The notes: a model not told the origin generated them from the sequence alone. A DNA stretch of 64,000 nt from an uncultured delta proteobacterium (GCA_963794325.1 CAWCDG010000002.1:224001-288000), one strand, 5' to 3'; counted from the first letter of the stretch, positions 19,730 through 29,103 are shown. Made by a program: numbers and translations.

Positions 19730-20692
19730 GTGGCAGTAATCAAGCGCGGTTTGTTCATCCTGGCGATCCTGGTCGCCGTAGGCTTAACCGGCTCACAGGC
19801 TGCGTTAGCCAAGTCTCATGGGCCGGCCATGGTTGATCCGACGACCATTGCCCCCTGCACATCGGCTACCACAACACTCAGTGCAAGCAATACGGTCTAT
19901 ACGCTGACATCGAGTTTCTCGACGACCTTCACCGGCATCTGTATTAAAGTTACGGGCAGCAACGACCTCTTGATGCTCAGTTCCGACGTCACGATCACTG
20001 GTCCCGGAGCCGGGACTGGTATCGACATCGAGGGTAGCAATGACACGTTAAACGGCCGTGCCGGCACCGTGAGCGGGTTTGCGACGGGGATCCTGGATCA
20101 CGGCAAAGGCACTTTGGGAGAGGACGTCGATGTCACCGGGAATGTAACCGGTCTGGAGCTGACGGGGCGCACAGTCAGATGGGTGAATGTGGCTTCGTTT
20201 TCGAACACCGGCAACGGCATTTGGTTCAATGGATGTGCGGGCCAGGATTCGTCGCAAACTGCGGGATGCACCATTGCGGATTTTTTCACCGGCAGCAATG
20301 GCCTTGATGGACTGCTCATAAACAACGGCAGCGATGGCGCGAGTGCGGCCGTATTCATCTCCATGAATAACACCGGCAACGGAGTCCACCTGGGCGGTAC
20401 GGTTGGAGGTAGCGGTAATTCCGAGGTGGTGTTGGATGACGCGGCGGTCGAGTCGCCGACAATCGCTGACAACGGCCTGGACGGGATTTTTCTGGATACC
20501 AGTGAAAACGGCGCTGCAGACACGGTCACGGGGATTATTGCCGGCGGCAACACCGGTATCGATCTCCACGACGCGACCACCAACTGCGGCTCGAGCGGCA
20601 GCTTTAATCTTTGGTCCTCCCTCATATTTGGTACTTCGAAAGCTGGTGCAACGACCAGCCCCGTCTGCATTCCGCAAATCCCGAATTTGTAA
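19730..20692 (+). CDS. secreted beta-helix protein, paralogue 3
   Basis: GAGGAG RBS with GTG start; signal peptide; same architecture as paralogues 1 and 2. Confidence 0.85.
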   Translation: MAVIKRGLFILAILVAVGLTGSQAALAKSHGPAMVDPTTIAPCTSATTTLSASNTVYTLTSSFSTTFTGICIKVTGSNDLLMLSSDVTITGPGAGTGIDIEGSNDTLNGRAGTVSGFATGILDHGKGTLGEDVDVTGNVTGLELTGRTVRWVNVASFSNTGNGIWFNGCAGQDSSQTAGCTIADFFTGSNGLDGLLINNGSDGASAAVFISMNNTGNGVHLGGTVGGSGNSEVVLDDAAVESPTIADNGLDGIFLDTSENGAADTVTGIIAGGNTGIDLHDATTNCGSSGSFNLWSSLIFGTSKAGATTSPVCIPQIPNL

Positions 20693-20722
20693 GCTCGCTT
20701 CTTCCATCGTTTTGTCGACGAA

Positions 20723-20751
20723 CCTCCGTCGGATCCCGGATCCGACGGAGG
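20723..20751. terminator. hairpin between convergent genes
   Basis: cctccgtcggatc-ccg-gatccgacggagg; same stem as 19452-19482. Confidence 0.65.
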
Positions 20752-20791
20752 CCTCGCGAGCTTCTCACTAGCCACCGGCGAGGAGTCGGGA

Positions 20792-21775
20792 TCAGCGGCC
20801 GCGGTCGCTCAAGTCGCGCAGGACGGCCTGCTTTACGTCGGCGAGTGCGGCGAAGTCGTTGGGCATCACCAGCTGTTTGATCGGCACCTGCTCGGCAACG
20901 CTCGCCAGGAAATGGAACTGACGTTTCAGCATCGCCGTGTCGGTAATATCGAACCGGTAGGCCGCCTTGACCAATCCCATAAGAGCTTCTGCGGGGGCGA
21001 GCACTCGAATTGTGACGCGGGTCGACGGTCTGCTCGAGTTCGAGCGCTTGAGCAAATAGACGCGTGCGAGCCGCCGTGGCTTCGTGTAGAACTCGGTGGG
21101 GCGGGAATACGTTGACCAGCGCGACTTTCCCGTATAGTGGGCGACCGGCTTCAAATTCCGCGAGGTCGCCCCGACACCCCGAATCGAATCATCCCAAAGC
21201 CGCAAGCCCGGGTACCCGGGAAGCCCCACAATAGTCTTGCGTTCGGTAACCGCCAGACAATCGTCGCAGACCAGCGGGTAGCCCGACAGGACGAAGCTTG
21301 CCGCGAGAGTCGATTTGCCCGATCCTGCCGGCCCGGTGAACGCACAAATTCCTTTCGGGGTCGCAACGGCAGTGGCATGCAGCGCTTCCCCGCCGCGCAG
21401 GTTTACGATGAGTGGAAGCACCTGGTCGATCAGGAGATGACGGATGGTGCGAATAGTCGCGTCGCCACTGGCGTTGCAACAGACTATCCGGCTTCCAACC
21501 CGGTCAACGACGAAGTCGGCAAGATTCGGGAAGGAAAGGACGTAACCATCCGGGATTTTGCCGTAACGAAGCCAGGGCTTGCCTCGTGGTTGCCGCGATT
21601 GCAGATACCATCGAGGAGTAAGGTGAGCGCGCTCGAAGCGCCGGGCAAGACTCACACGGACTGCGTTCCGGTGCGACGACGGCTTCAGCGTCGCGAGCTC
21701 GGGAATCGACATGTCCGCGACGATCTGTAGGCCGTAGGCCCGGTTATCGAAGGTTCGGATCCTCGTTTTGCTCAA
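20792..21775 (-). CDS. HPr kinase-like lasso peptide kinase
   Basis: LHATAV (His), Walker A GPAGSGKSTLAA, LVCDDCL (DD), PGYPGLRLW.D. Confidence 0.88.
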   Translation of the reverse strand: MSKTRIRTFDNRAYGLQIVADMSIPELATLKPSSHRNAVRVSLARRFERAHLTPRWYLQSRQPRGKPWLRYGKIPDGYVLSFPNLADFVVDRVGSRIVCCNASGDATIRTIRHLLIDQVLPLIVNLRGGEALHATAVATPKGICAFTGPAGSGKSTLAASFVLSGYPLVCDDCLAVTERKTIVGLPGYPGLRLWDDSIRGVGATSRNLKPVAHYTGKSRWSTYSRPTEFYTKPRRLARVYLLKRSNSSRPSTRVTIRVLAPAEALMGLVKAAYRFDITDTAMLKRQFHFLASVAEQVPIKQLVMPNDFAALADVKQAVLRDLSDRGR

Positions 21776-22019
21776 AGTCAGCTACGGGGGCGCGCCGAGC
21801 GGAGCATCCCACGTGGAGGCTCGCCCGGCGCGATACCGTTGAAGCCGGACCCGAACTCTACCATTCCGAGAGTCGCCGGGTTCACTACATTTTGAACTAA
21901 TTGCCTACAACATTGAATGACGCGAAGACGAGCGAAGTTCGTTACACATCCTGGAACTCCCCACCAGCCGGAAGTTGAGTTCGCACCCAACCCGGCCCGC
22001 CGCCCCTCGAACTTCTAAT

Positions 22020-22190
22020 CTACAGGCAAATCGACGACATCATTGTATTGGTGCCGTCAGGCGAATTTACGGTTCCACCCGAGGCGGTGAGCTTCGCGAC
22101 GCTTCCGTATTCGACCAAGCGAGGACGAATATACTGTCGCTTTGCTCGCTCTTCCTTCTTTTTCGCCGGTTGTGGTGTGCTTTTGGTCAT
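22020..22190 (-). CDS. lasso peptide precursor (A), 56 aa
   Basis: Not in the ORF track. GGAGAGG RBS; MTKSTPQPAKKKEERAKRQYIRPRLVEYGSVAKLTA-SGGTVNSPDGTNTMMSSICL*. Leader motif YxxPxLxxxG, Thr at -2, Asp at core position 9. Confidence 0.93.
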   Translation of the reverse strand: MTKSTPQPAKKKEERAKRQYIRPRLVEYGSVAKLTASGGTVNSPDGTNTMMSSICL

Positions 22191-22267
22191 TTACCTCTCC
22201 CTAAATCCAGTGCCGTTAAAGATAGCAAGACCCACAATTACTGTCAAGAAAGTGCCGGGATGACTCA

Positions 22268-23470
22268 TTAACGTGTTTCTTTTTTGAAACGCGCCGGAAC
22301 CTCAAGCGAAGGTTTGGCGGTATGTGTCCCCTCGAGGCCGTAGGGAATCAGAACTTCGGTCGCATACTCGGAGGCCTTGGCCAGCGACGGAAAGAGGTCG
22401 CCATGAACCCGGAACAGTTCCTTTTCTATTTCTGCAACCGTGCGCTTTCCATCGATCAGGTTGACCGTTGTCCGCCTGGCCTCGCCCCAAACCGAAAGCT
22501 GCGGGACAAAATCGGGCCGCGTCTTCGCCAAATCCTCGGGCGCCAGCAACATCCCTTTGAGCGTCGAATGAATGAAGCGCGCCTTCTGTTCACCCCTGGA
22601 ATTGCGGATGGTCACCGTCCAGCTGAGCATCGTCTGCGCCGCGATGATGCCCATCTTGATCTTCACGCGGTCGCCCTTCCGCAGATCGACCGGCTTTTCA
22701 ATTGGCAGGAATGCAGCGCGCCGGGTGATCCGTCCTTTGCTGAAGGGCGAGTTGGTCATGTTGATGCCGGGCGCGAGCTCGGCAACGAACCATCCGCTGA
22801 GGCCGTGCATAACGCCAGCCGCGGAAACTTCGATCTCAGCTTCGGCATGAACGTGTTCCGGCGTCAGTTCGGTAAGATCGAAGGTGACCATCCGCGCCGG
22901 CTTGCCCAGCATTCGACGCGGGCTATTCTCGGCGGGGTATCCGGTGTTGAATGCGATGACGTGCGCGGGCGCCATATTCAGCCCGGCAGGCTTTTTGTCC
23001 CAGAAACTCACGGCGTCCCACATTTCGGGAAAATTCACCGGCGTAACGAACAGCTCGATGCGTCGAGGGATGGTCCGGCCGCCGGGCTTGAGGAAACGCT
23101 GGCGCGCGTCGTTGAAGATCTCGGGCATCCCTCCGCCAATTCCGAAATGGCTCAGCTGGTCTGCGATAACGACGTCGACCTTCTCGGGCAGCGTGGCGCG
23201 ACTGGAGACTTGGCGAATCCCTGTCGCGGTTTGCCCGCAACCATTGGCTCGGGCCACGTCGCGGGCTATTTGGATCATGCCGGTCAGGTCAACCTGGTAG
23301 AGTCGTGCGGCTCCCGCTTTCATCGCCAGCATGCCAAGCACGCCGGTCCCGCAGGCGAGGTCGAGAACGACGTCACCCGGCTTGACCACTGCGTTGATTG
23401 CCCGGCGAAACAATGAAGTCCTGGTCCGGTCGGTAAGGTACAGGCGGTGCTCATCTAGCATCAATGACAT
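22268..23470 (-). CDS. SAM-dependent methyltransferase, PRMT-like fold, with C-terminal PqqD/RRE-like segment
   Basis: H..YL.D..RT..F..AI, VVLDLACGTGVL.M.A..AGA, LPEKVDVVI, RQRFLKPGG..IP, HGLSGWF; C-terminal LIDGKRTVAEI. Confidence 0.85.
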   Translation of the reverse strand: MSLMLDEHRLYLTDRTRTSLFRRAINAVVKPGDVVLDLACGTGVLGMLAMKAGAARLYQVDLTGMIQIARDVARANGCGQTATGIRQVSSRATLPEKVDVVIADQLSHFGIGGGMPEIFNDARQRFLKPGGRTIPRRIELFVTPVNFPEMWDAVSFWDKKPAGLNMAPAHVIAFNTGYPAENSPRRMLGKPARMVTFDLTELTPEHVHAEAEIEVSAAGVMHGLSGWFVAELAPGINMTNSPFSKGRITRRAAFLPIEKPVDLRKGDRVKIKMGIIAAQTMLSWTVTIRNSRGEQKARFIHSTLKGMLLAPEDLAKTRPDFVPQLSVWGEARRTTVNLIDGKRTVAEIEKELFRVHGDLFPSLAKASEYATEVLIPYGLEGTHTAKPSLEVPARFKKETR

Positions 23471-23539
23471 TGGGTGCGTTCCATCTCGTTCAATTCAAAA
23501 TAGGCAGGTTCAAATGTGGGCGGCTGGCGAGTGACAGAC

Positions 23540-25489
23540 TCACAGCGCCGCTCCGCTGGCCGCGGTCACTTGATCGAACGGCTCGCTGATACCCAGGAAC
23601 ACGACATTGAGCCACAGTTCAATCGCAAGGACCATCCATAGAAAGAATACATTCTCCGCGTAGGAGGGATCGCCGCGCGAATACGCGGCAGCCATCGAGT
23701 GGTATAGCTTCCGAACCGCTTCCCCGTCCACCCATCCGTTTTTGACACTGCTCAGGCGATCGAACAGCCGCTCTCCACCAAGCGCGATTAGCGCGTTGGC
23801 GTAAAGCTCGGTGGGGTCGGCCTTGTCAGGCCGCATCCGCAACCGTTCTGGCAGGATTCCGCGCATCGCTTCGCGCAGTACGATCTTGGTGAAGTTGCCC
23901 CGGCATCGTTGGCTGTAGGGGATCGCGAACGCAAACTCCATCACGCGGCGGTCCAGGAACGGATGGCGGCCCTCAACTCGGAAACCTGCTTCCCAGCGTC
24001 CGATCATCTCGAGAGCGTAAGCGAGAGATCCGGAAGAGTAAACGCCGTAGACATCTCGCTGTGCGAAACTGCGGCATCGCGGCAACGATGGCCGCGTGGA
24101 CAGCCGCTCCGACAGCCTCGTCCGGGCGGCAAACTCGCGCGAGACCACCGCGTTGGGCTCCGCGGGATTCCTCCACTGCCTGAGCACGGACTTCAGGCTG
24201 TCCGGAACCAACGGCAAGACTCCATACGGCAGCAGAGTTTTGACGTAGCCCGGAAAGGGCCCGAACCCAATTGGAGGATTCCGATGAATCCGCAACGTCT
24301 CCAACAGCGCCGGAATCCGCAACTGTTTGATCAGATCGGCATAGACGAAGTAGGTCCCCGACAGCCACTCGTCGCCACCCAGTCCGGTCATCCGAACTCT
24401 CAAGTCGTCGCGCTTGCCCAGCAGCGGCGTGTAGTCGGCGCACGCCGTGTTGGGATAGTCAGGCAGGTCCATGTAGTGCGCAACTTGCCGCATGAGTTCG
24501 GTGAGTGGAGCCATTCCGGGCGAGAGATAGGTATGGCGATGAGGGTACTTATGCAGGACCTCATCGACGTACTCATCTTCGGCGGCGGGTCCGGGCGCGA
24601 AGCGGACCGAGAAGCTTTCGAAGTTGTCGACTTGCACCTCTCGGTTGCGGCGCAAGGTCTCGGTCATACAGACAATTGATGAGGAATCAAGTCCGCCGCT
24701 AAGGTCCGACGCCACTCCTTTGACGCTCCGCAGCCGGCACCGCGTAGCTTCCTTGAAGAGCGAGAGAAAATGTTCGCCGTACTGCTCATCGGTGGAATAG
24801 GAAATTTCGCGCGAGGGATCGAGATCGTAGTAGCGCCGGCATTCCACGCCGCGCGCGCTGACGCGCAGGTAATGCGACGGCTCGAGGCGGCGAATGCCTT
24901 CAAAGAGGGTCTCAACCCGGGAGACGGGCGCTCTTACCAGGATGTCGGCGATCGCAGGCTCGTTCGGCCTTCGCGGTACTCGCGGGTCCTGAAATAGTTG
25001 ATGAACCTCCGATGCGCAAAGAAAAAAACCCGAACCTTGGTAGTAATAGAGACTCTTTACTCCCAGTGGGTCGCGGGCACAGTACAGTGTTCGCGTCGTC
25101 TCGTCCCACAAAGCGAACGCGAAATCGCCGATCACTTTCGCCGGCGCATCCGTGCCCCAACACTGCCAACTGCGAAGCATGATCTCCGCATCGGTCCCGG
25201 TATGCACGCGATGACCATGCGCCGTCAGCTCCTTGATGAGGTCGTCGCGGTTGTCCAACCGCCCGTCCATCGAGAGCACCAGCCCCGCGTTGTCGTCCAC
25301 GAAAGGGCTGGTTTCCGCTGAAGCTTCAACTGTCGTGCAGAGTCTTGCGTGGCCCATCGCGACGGGACCACGATGCCAGACGCCAAGGCCGTCAATCCCT
25401 CGATAAGGGACGACCGCGAGCATCCGTTCTACCGTCGATCGTTCAGCCGGGGAGCCCTCGGTATGAAAGAGCGCCGCGATGCCGCTCAC
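23540..25489 (-). CDS. lasso cyclase C (asparagine synthetase-like)
   Basis: Likely start MSGIAA (lacks the glutaminase Cys of AsnB); DGRLDNR, GDFAFALWD, ARDPLG, LSGGLDSSSI, TGLGGDE, RHPFLDRR, K.VLREAM.GILPE..R.DK. Confidence 0.93.
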   Translation of the reverse strand: MSGIAALFHTEGSPAERSTVERMLAVVPYRGIDGLGVWHRGPVAMGHARLCTTVEASAETSPFVDDNAGLVLSMDGRLDNRDDLIKELTAHGHRVHTGTDAEIMLRSWQCWGTDAPAKVIGDFAFALWDETTRTLYCARDPLGVKSLYYYQGSGFFLCASEVHQLFQDPRVPRRPNEPAIADILVRAPVSRVETLFEGIRRLEPSHYLRVSARGVECRRYYDLDPSREISYSTDEQYGEHFLSLFKEATRCRLRSVKGVASDLSGGLDSSSIVCMTETLRRNREVQVDNFESFSVRFAPGPAAEDEYVDEVLHKYPHRHTYLSPGMAPLTELMRQVAHYMDLPDYPNTACADYTPLLGKRDDLRVRMTGLGGDEWLSGTYFVYADLIKQLRIPALLETLRIHRNPPIGFGPFPGYVKTLLPYGVLPLVPDSLKSVLRQWRNPAEPNAVVSREFAARTRLSERLSTRPSLPRCRSFAQRDVYGVYSSGSLAYALEMIGRWEAGFRVEGRHPFLDRRVMEFAFAIPYSQRCRGNFTKIVLREAMRGILPERLRMRPDKADPTELYANALIALGGERLFDRLSSVKNGWVDGEAVRKLYHSMAAAYSRGDPSYAENVFFLWMVLAIELWLNVVFLGISEPFDQVTAASGAAL

Positions 25490-25517
25490 CAGCCGGCGCG
25501 CTCCTTGGCGCAAAGCA

Positions 25518-25805
25518 TCATCGCGAGCGAGGCTTGGATTCCCGGTTCAGTCGCACGAGTCCTTTGTCGGCCAGTTGCTGCAGAAGATCCTCGAGGTCGC
25601 GTCGGAGTTGATCCGGCTCAACGTCGAACTGCTTCTTGAGGGACTCGAGAGCCTTTTCGAGCGAGGGCTGTTCGACGAGTTGATGCCACATCTGCTCACC
25701 GGCCCCGTCCAATCCAAAATATACACCGGTGGCGAGGTTCAGGATGACGACCTCGTCGCTGAGGTCGCGCCAAATTACGTCGTCACAGATTTCAACCCGC
25801 GTCAC
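25518..25805 (-). CDS. PqqD family RiPP recognition element (lasso B1)
   Basis: DEVVILNLATGVYFGLDGAG..MW..L...L...FDVE...L..DL..LL..L...GLV. Confidence 0.93.
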   Translation of the reverse strand: MTRVEICDDVIWRDLSDEVVILNLATGVYFGLDGAGEQMWHQLVEQPSLEKALESLKKQFDVEPDQLRRDLEDLLQQLADKGLVRLNRESKPRSR

Positions 25806-25926
25806 AAAACTCCTCCGGGAGAGAGCCGAGTCACACTACCGTCAAGCTGGAGATGGAGTCAAATCTTGATCGGAAACAGACGCCTCAGGCGCGCTAGAGG
25901 TTCCGGATTGCGAAATAGGGTTCGCG

Positions 25927-26418
25927 TTATTCCGTCATCGCCGATTCAGTAAACGACAGGTTGGTCGGAAAGGTTATTCCCAGCAAAGTGTTAGAAGGTA
26001 GAAAGATCCTGCTGGATGCATCGTAGGTGATCGCGACACTGAACTGGCAACCGAATGTGCGTGGCGGGCCGCAGTTCGCGGTGTTTGCGGCAGTCAGGGT
26101 GACGGTGGCGCCGCTGATCGTTGGCGACATCTGGTTCGAGATCGCAGTCTTGAGCGTTGCGCTGGTAAGGGCAGCATTGATTTGAGCGGTGCGCGCCCCG
26201 AGATAAGACGCCTGACTGACGGCGAGCGCTGCCTGGCCGATTAGGGCGAACTGGACTCCGACCAACATTATAACCAGGACCAGAGGTACGATCAGCGCGA
26301 GTTCCACCGCCGACTGACCACGTTTGAAACGGCGTCTCCGTCCGCCGCTGCCATCATCACGTGCCCAGGCTCTCGCGCCTGACAGAGACGCTCTGATGCT
26401 AGCGTATGACACCATCAT
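25927..26418 (-). CDS. TadE-like pseudopilin
   Basis: RGQSAVELALIVP prepilin motif (G|QxxxE) followed by a TM helix; start uncertain. Confidence 0.88.
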   Translation of the reverse strand: MMVSYASIRASLSGARAWARDDGSGGRRRRFKRGQSAVELALIVPLVLVIMLVGVQFALIGQAALAVSQASYLGARTAQINAALTSATLKTAISNQMSPTISGATVTLTAANTANCGPPRTFGCQFSVAITYDASSRIFLPSNTLLGITFPTNLSFTESAMTE

Positions 26419-26484
26419 ATCCCTCGGATTAATGAATAGCCGATTCATCTGCTCCGCCGAACCAAGAGCCACTGCTTGAATTCA

Positions 26485-27462
26485 CTACTGGATTAAAACC
26501 GGTTTCGTGGTACCAGTTACCGGCCCATTCGCATCTGCGATGTCGGCGGAAATGTTGGTCGAGACCACTTCGGCGTAAAATTGGCCCGGTGCGCCGGGCT
26601 CAGGGACGATCAGCGCCGTGATAAATCCAGTGATATCGACGGTCTTCTTGCCATTCGGAAGCGAAGCAACCATCGGGATAACGATCACTCGAGGATCGTT
26701 GGGATCGGTTAGAACGCTGGGATCGCTTGCATTCGGCACTTCAGTCCCGAGGTTGTAACGATCTTGTACACCTGGCCCGCCGTGAACGTTCACGTCATTG
26801 CCAGTGACTGTATCGACATCGGTAGTGCCAACCAAAATTGGCGTAGTTCCGCCGTAGCCATTTTCAATTGCCGCCTCATAGTGACTGCCTGTATATCCCT
26901 GGGTGGGATCTTGGGCACTGAAATCCAAGCCTCCCCAATTGCCCGGTGTTTGCTTAATGGCGTCCCCAGGAAGACCGAAAGTCTGGCCGGGCGCTGCGTT
27001 CGCACACGGCGGGGCTGCGCACACAAAGCCGAACGGGACTAGATGAGTCCCACCTGCGCCGACAATCGGTTGTATCTGCGCCTTGGCGGTTACTTGAACT
27101 GGAGCACTGCCTAGTCCTAATGCCTGTCCGAAAAGATACGGCACCGTCCGTTGAACCGTAAGCGAGATAGTCTGGTGGCCGACGACCGTTGGTCCACTAA
27201 TAATCTCGCCCGCCTGAATTCCGTTCGAGGTCGCGTAGGTGGTCGCCGTCGCGATGGCATTGTTGTCGCCGGTCGAGTCCGTGCCATTGAGCATGCCGGC
27301 TCCAGACAGCACCGCCTGATCAGCGGCCTTCTGGATTCCCTGCCAGTTCATGTACATTACGGCGACGTCGCTCCCGAGCGCTACCGCGCCCAGAAGCACC
27401 GCAAGGATCCCAGCGTACAGAACGATTACCTGCCCGCGTGGCTTACCAAGTATCTTCATCAT
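26485..27462 (-). CDS. TadG-like pilus assembly protein
   Basis: RGQVIVLYAG..., D......IQKAADQAVLSGA Tad motif; PGNWGGLD. Confidence 0.88.
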   Translation of the reverse strand: MMKILGKPRGQVIVLYAGILAVLLGAVALGSDVAVMYMNWQGIQKAADQAVLSGAGMLNGTDSTGDNNAIATATTYATSNGIQAGEIISGPTVVGHQTISLTVQRTVPYLFGQALGLGSAPVQVTAKAQIQPIVGAGGTHLVPFGFVCAAPPCANAAPGQTFGLPGDAIKQTPGNWGGLDFSAQDPTQGYTGSHYEAAIENGYGGTTPILVGTTDVDTVTGNDVNVHGGPGVQDRYNLGTEVPNASDPSVLTDPNDPRVIVIPMVASLPNGKKTVDITGFITALIVPEPGAPGQFYAEVVSTNISADIADANGPVTGTTKPVLIQ

Positions 27463-27639
27463 TTGTATCGACCTCTCGGATCCGGTCATCGAACCCACGA
27501 CGAGCGGATTCTGCTAAAAACCCCTTTGTTCCTCCTTTTCGTATCACCTGTCCTACTTTATGGCAAGTATGCAACAGGTGGTCGGTTGAAGGAGAGCGCG
27601 TGATGCGAAAACACGCTTAAATCCATCGTGTCGACCGTT

Positions 27640-27668
27640 AATCTAACAAGACTCAAGATTTACGTCAA
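27640..27668 (-). promoter_or_regulatory. sigma70-like promoter for tadG-tadE(-lasso) unit
   Basis: TTGACG-17 nt-TAGATT; contains the TTGACGTAAA motif also found upstream of the beta-helix genes. Confidence 0.6.
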
Positions 27669-27842
27669 GAATCAATCGTAGCAGGTATGCTACTTTGAGT
27701 AGTAGAAGATGCCAAGCTTGTAGGATACCGGGAGGCTGGTCGAAGTAGTCAGTCTAATACTGAAGTCCGAATGCCCGCAAAGGGGCGGACCCAGGCCCGC
27801 CCCTCGCGCGCTTCTGCTTCTGAACCCGCTCGCGGCCGGCTG

Positions 27843-28801
27843 CTAGCTCCGGCAGAACGCTTTGATGGCATCCTGCAGGTCGTCCACGCTTGGATACCCC
27901 AAGTCATGGGATGCCTTCTTGATGCCTCCGTCCGTGGTGGCCAGGTAGGACACACACTTGCCGTGACAGTTCGGTTTTCCGGGGATCGCATCGGTAGCAC
28001 CGAAACAGCCGGGCAGGGGGAGTGAGATATCTTCACACTGGTCAGGTGCTACACCCTGATTCGCGATCAGAGTCCCGGCGAAGGTCGTTTGGGTGAAGCT
28101 GTCAAAGTCGGTTTGAAAGAACAGCGAGATTCCATCGGTCTCAACGCCGGTGGATGACATGGCACCCGGGACAACAATCGTCGTGGCGGGAATCACGGCA
28201 CCCGTCGAGGGATTGTATTGGTCGTAAACGGGGATACCGTCGCCTTCGTTGATCAGGAAGTTGCCGTTCGGCAGGATGTTGAAGCCATCAGAATCTGTCG
28301 CGGCCGGCGCGGAAATACTGATGGGGCCGCTCACGATCGCCCCGGTAGACGGATTGAGTCCAAAGACTTCCGGTGTATCGTAGGGATAGCCCGTCAATAC
28401 GTAGAGCACACCACTTCGGAAAGCGATATCCTGAATCCCGAAGCCCGGCCGAGGGTTGGGTAGGGTCCCGATGTCTGCGCCTCCAGCCCCGCCGTTAAAC
28501 GGCGCGATTCGGATAAAATCCGTCGCTCCAAACTGATCGGTTAGCTCCGTGTAGTAAACTCTGTTGCCGATGATCTCGATGCCGCGGCCATTTTGTTCGT
28601 CGAAGGCGCCGGTCGGAACGAAGGAGCCTACGACTGCGCCGCCGTTGAAGTCGTAGGTGGTAATCGGTCCGCCGCCGTTCAGCGCTGCATTGTTGCACGT
28701 GATTAGGGGTTGCGCCTGTGCCGTGGCGGCCCAGAGTGCCACGATGAGGGTGAACGCCATCGCGAGCAGACCACTCGCTTTCAATGCGAATTCCGTTTCA
28801 T
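27843..28801 (-). CDS. secreted repeat protein (propeller-like) with Cys-containing C-terminal domain; start appears frameshifted
   Basis: ORF 27843-28784 has a signal peptide. The GGAGGAG-ATG at 28801 is one base out of frame; adding one A gives MKRKFALKASGLL. C-terminus PGKPNCHGKCVSYLA...LQDAIKAFC. Confidence 0.75.
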
Positions 28802-29103
28802 AACTCCTCCGACGTCTTTGAATTTCAAATTTGTAACTCGTATCACGCCCGTTGCTTGCCGGTATCAGTGGAGGTACCCGACATTGAAACGCCCCGGGGC
28901 AGATACTGACTGAATGAAAGCCTGCGACCAGTCAGTTCTACGAAGCGCTTTATCTCATCGGTCCGTCTGATAAGTCAAATCAAGCGGTGGTCTAGTTGGT
29001 TAACCTTTGATGATCCGAAGCAGAGTGCCTCGGCAATCGGGCCGGTCATAGCCACCAATGAATTCGTGCGGATCAGGTTTTGAGAAGGGACAGCGTACCG
29101 AAT

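Noticed and set aside
17081-20692. Beta-helix proteins as additional lasso substrates
   Set aside because: They have Sec signal peptides and no YxxPxL...T leader motif.
21778-21990. 70-aa ORF containing MVEFGS, similar to the precursor's LVEYGS
   Set aside because: No YxxP, no Thr(-2), no RBS; at most a decayed remnant.
23540-25513. Annotation as housekeeping asparagine synthetase AsnB
   Set aside because: N-terminal catalytic Cys replaced by Ser, and flanked by RRE, precursor and B2 genes.
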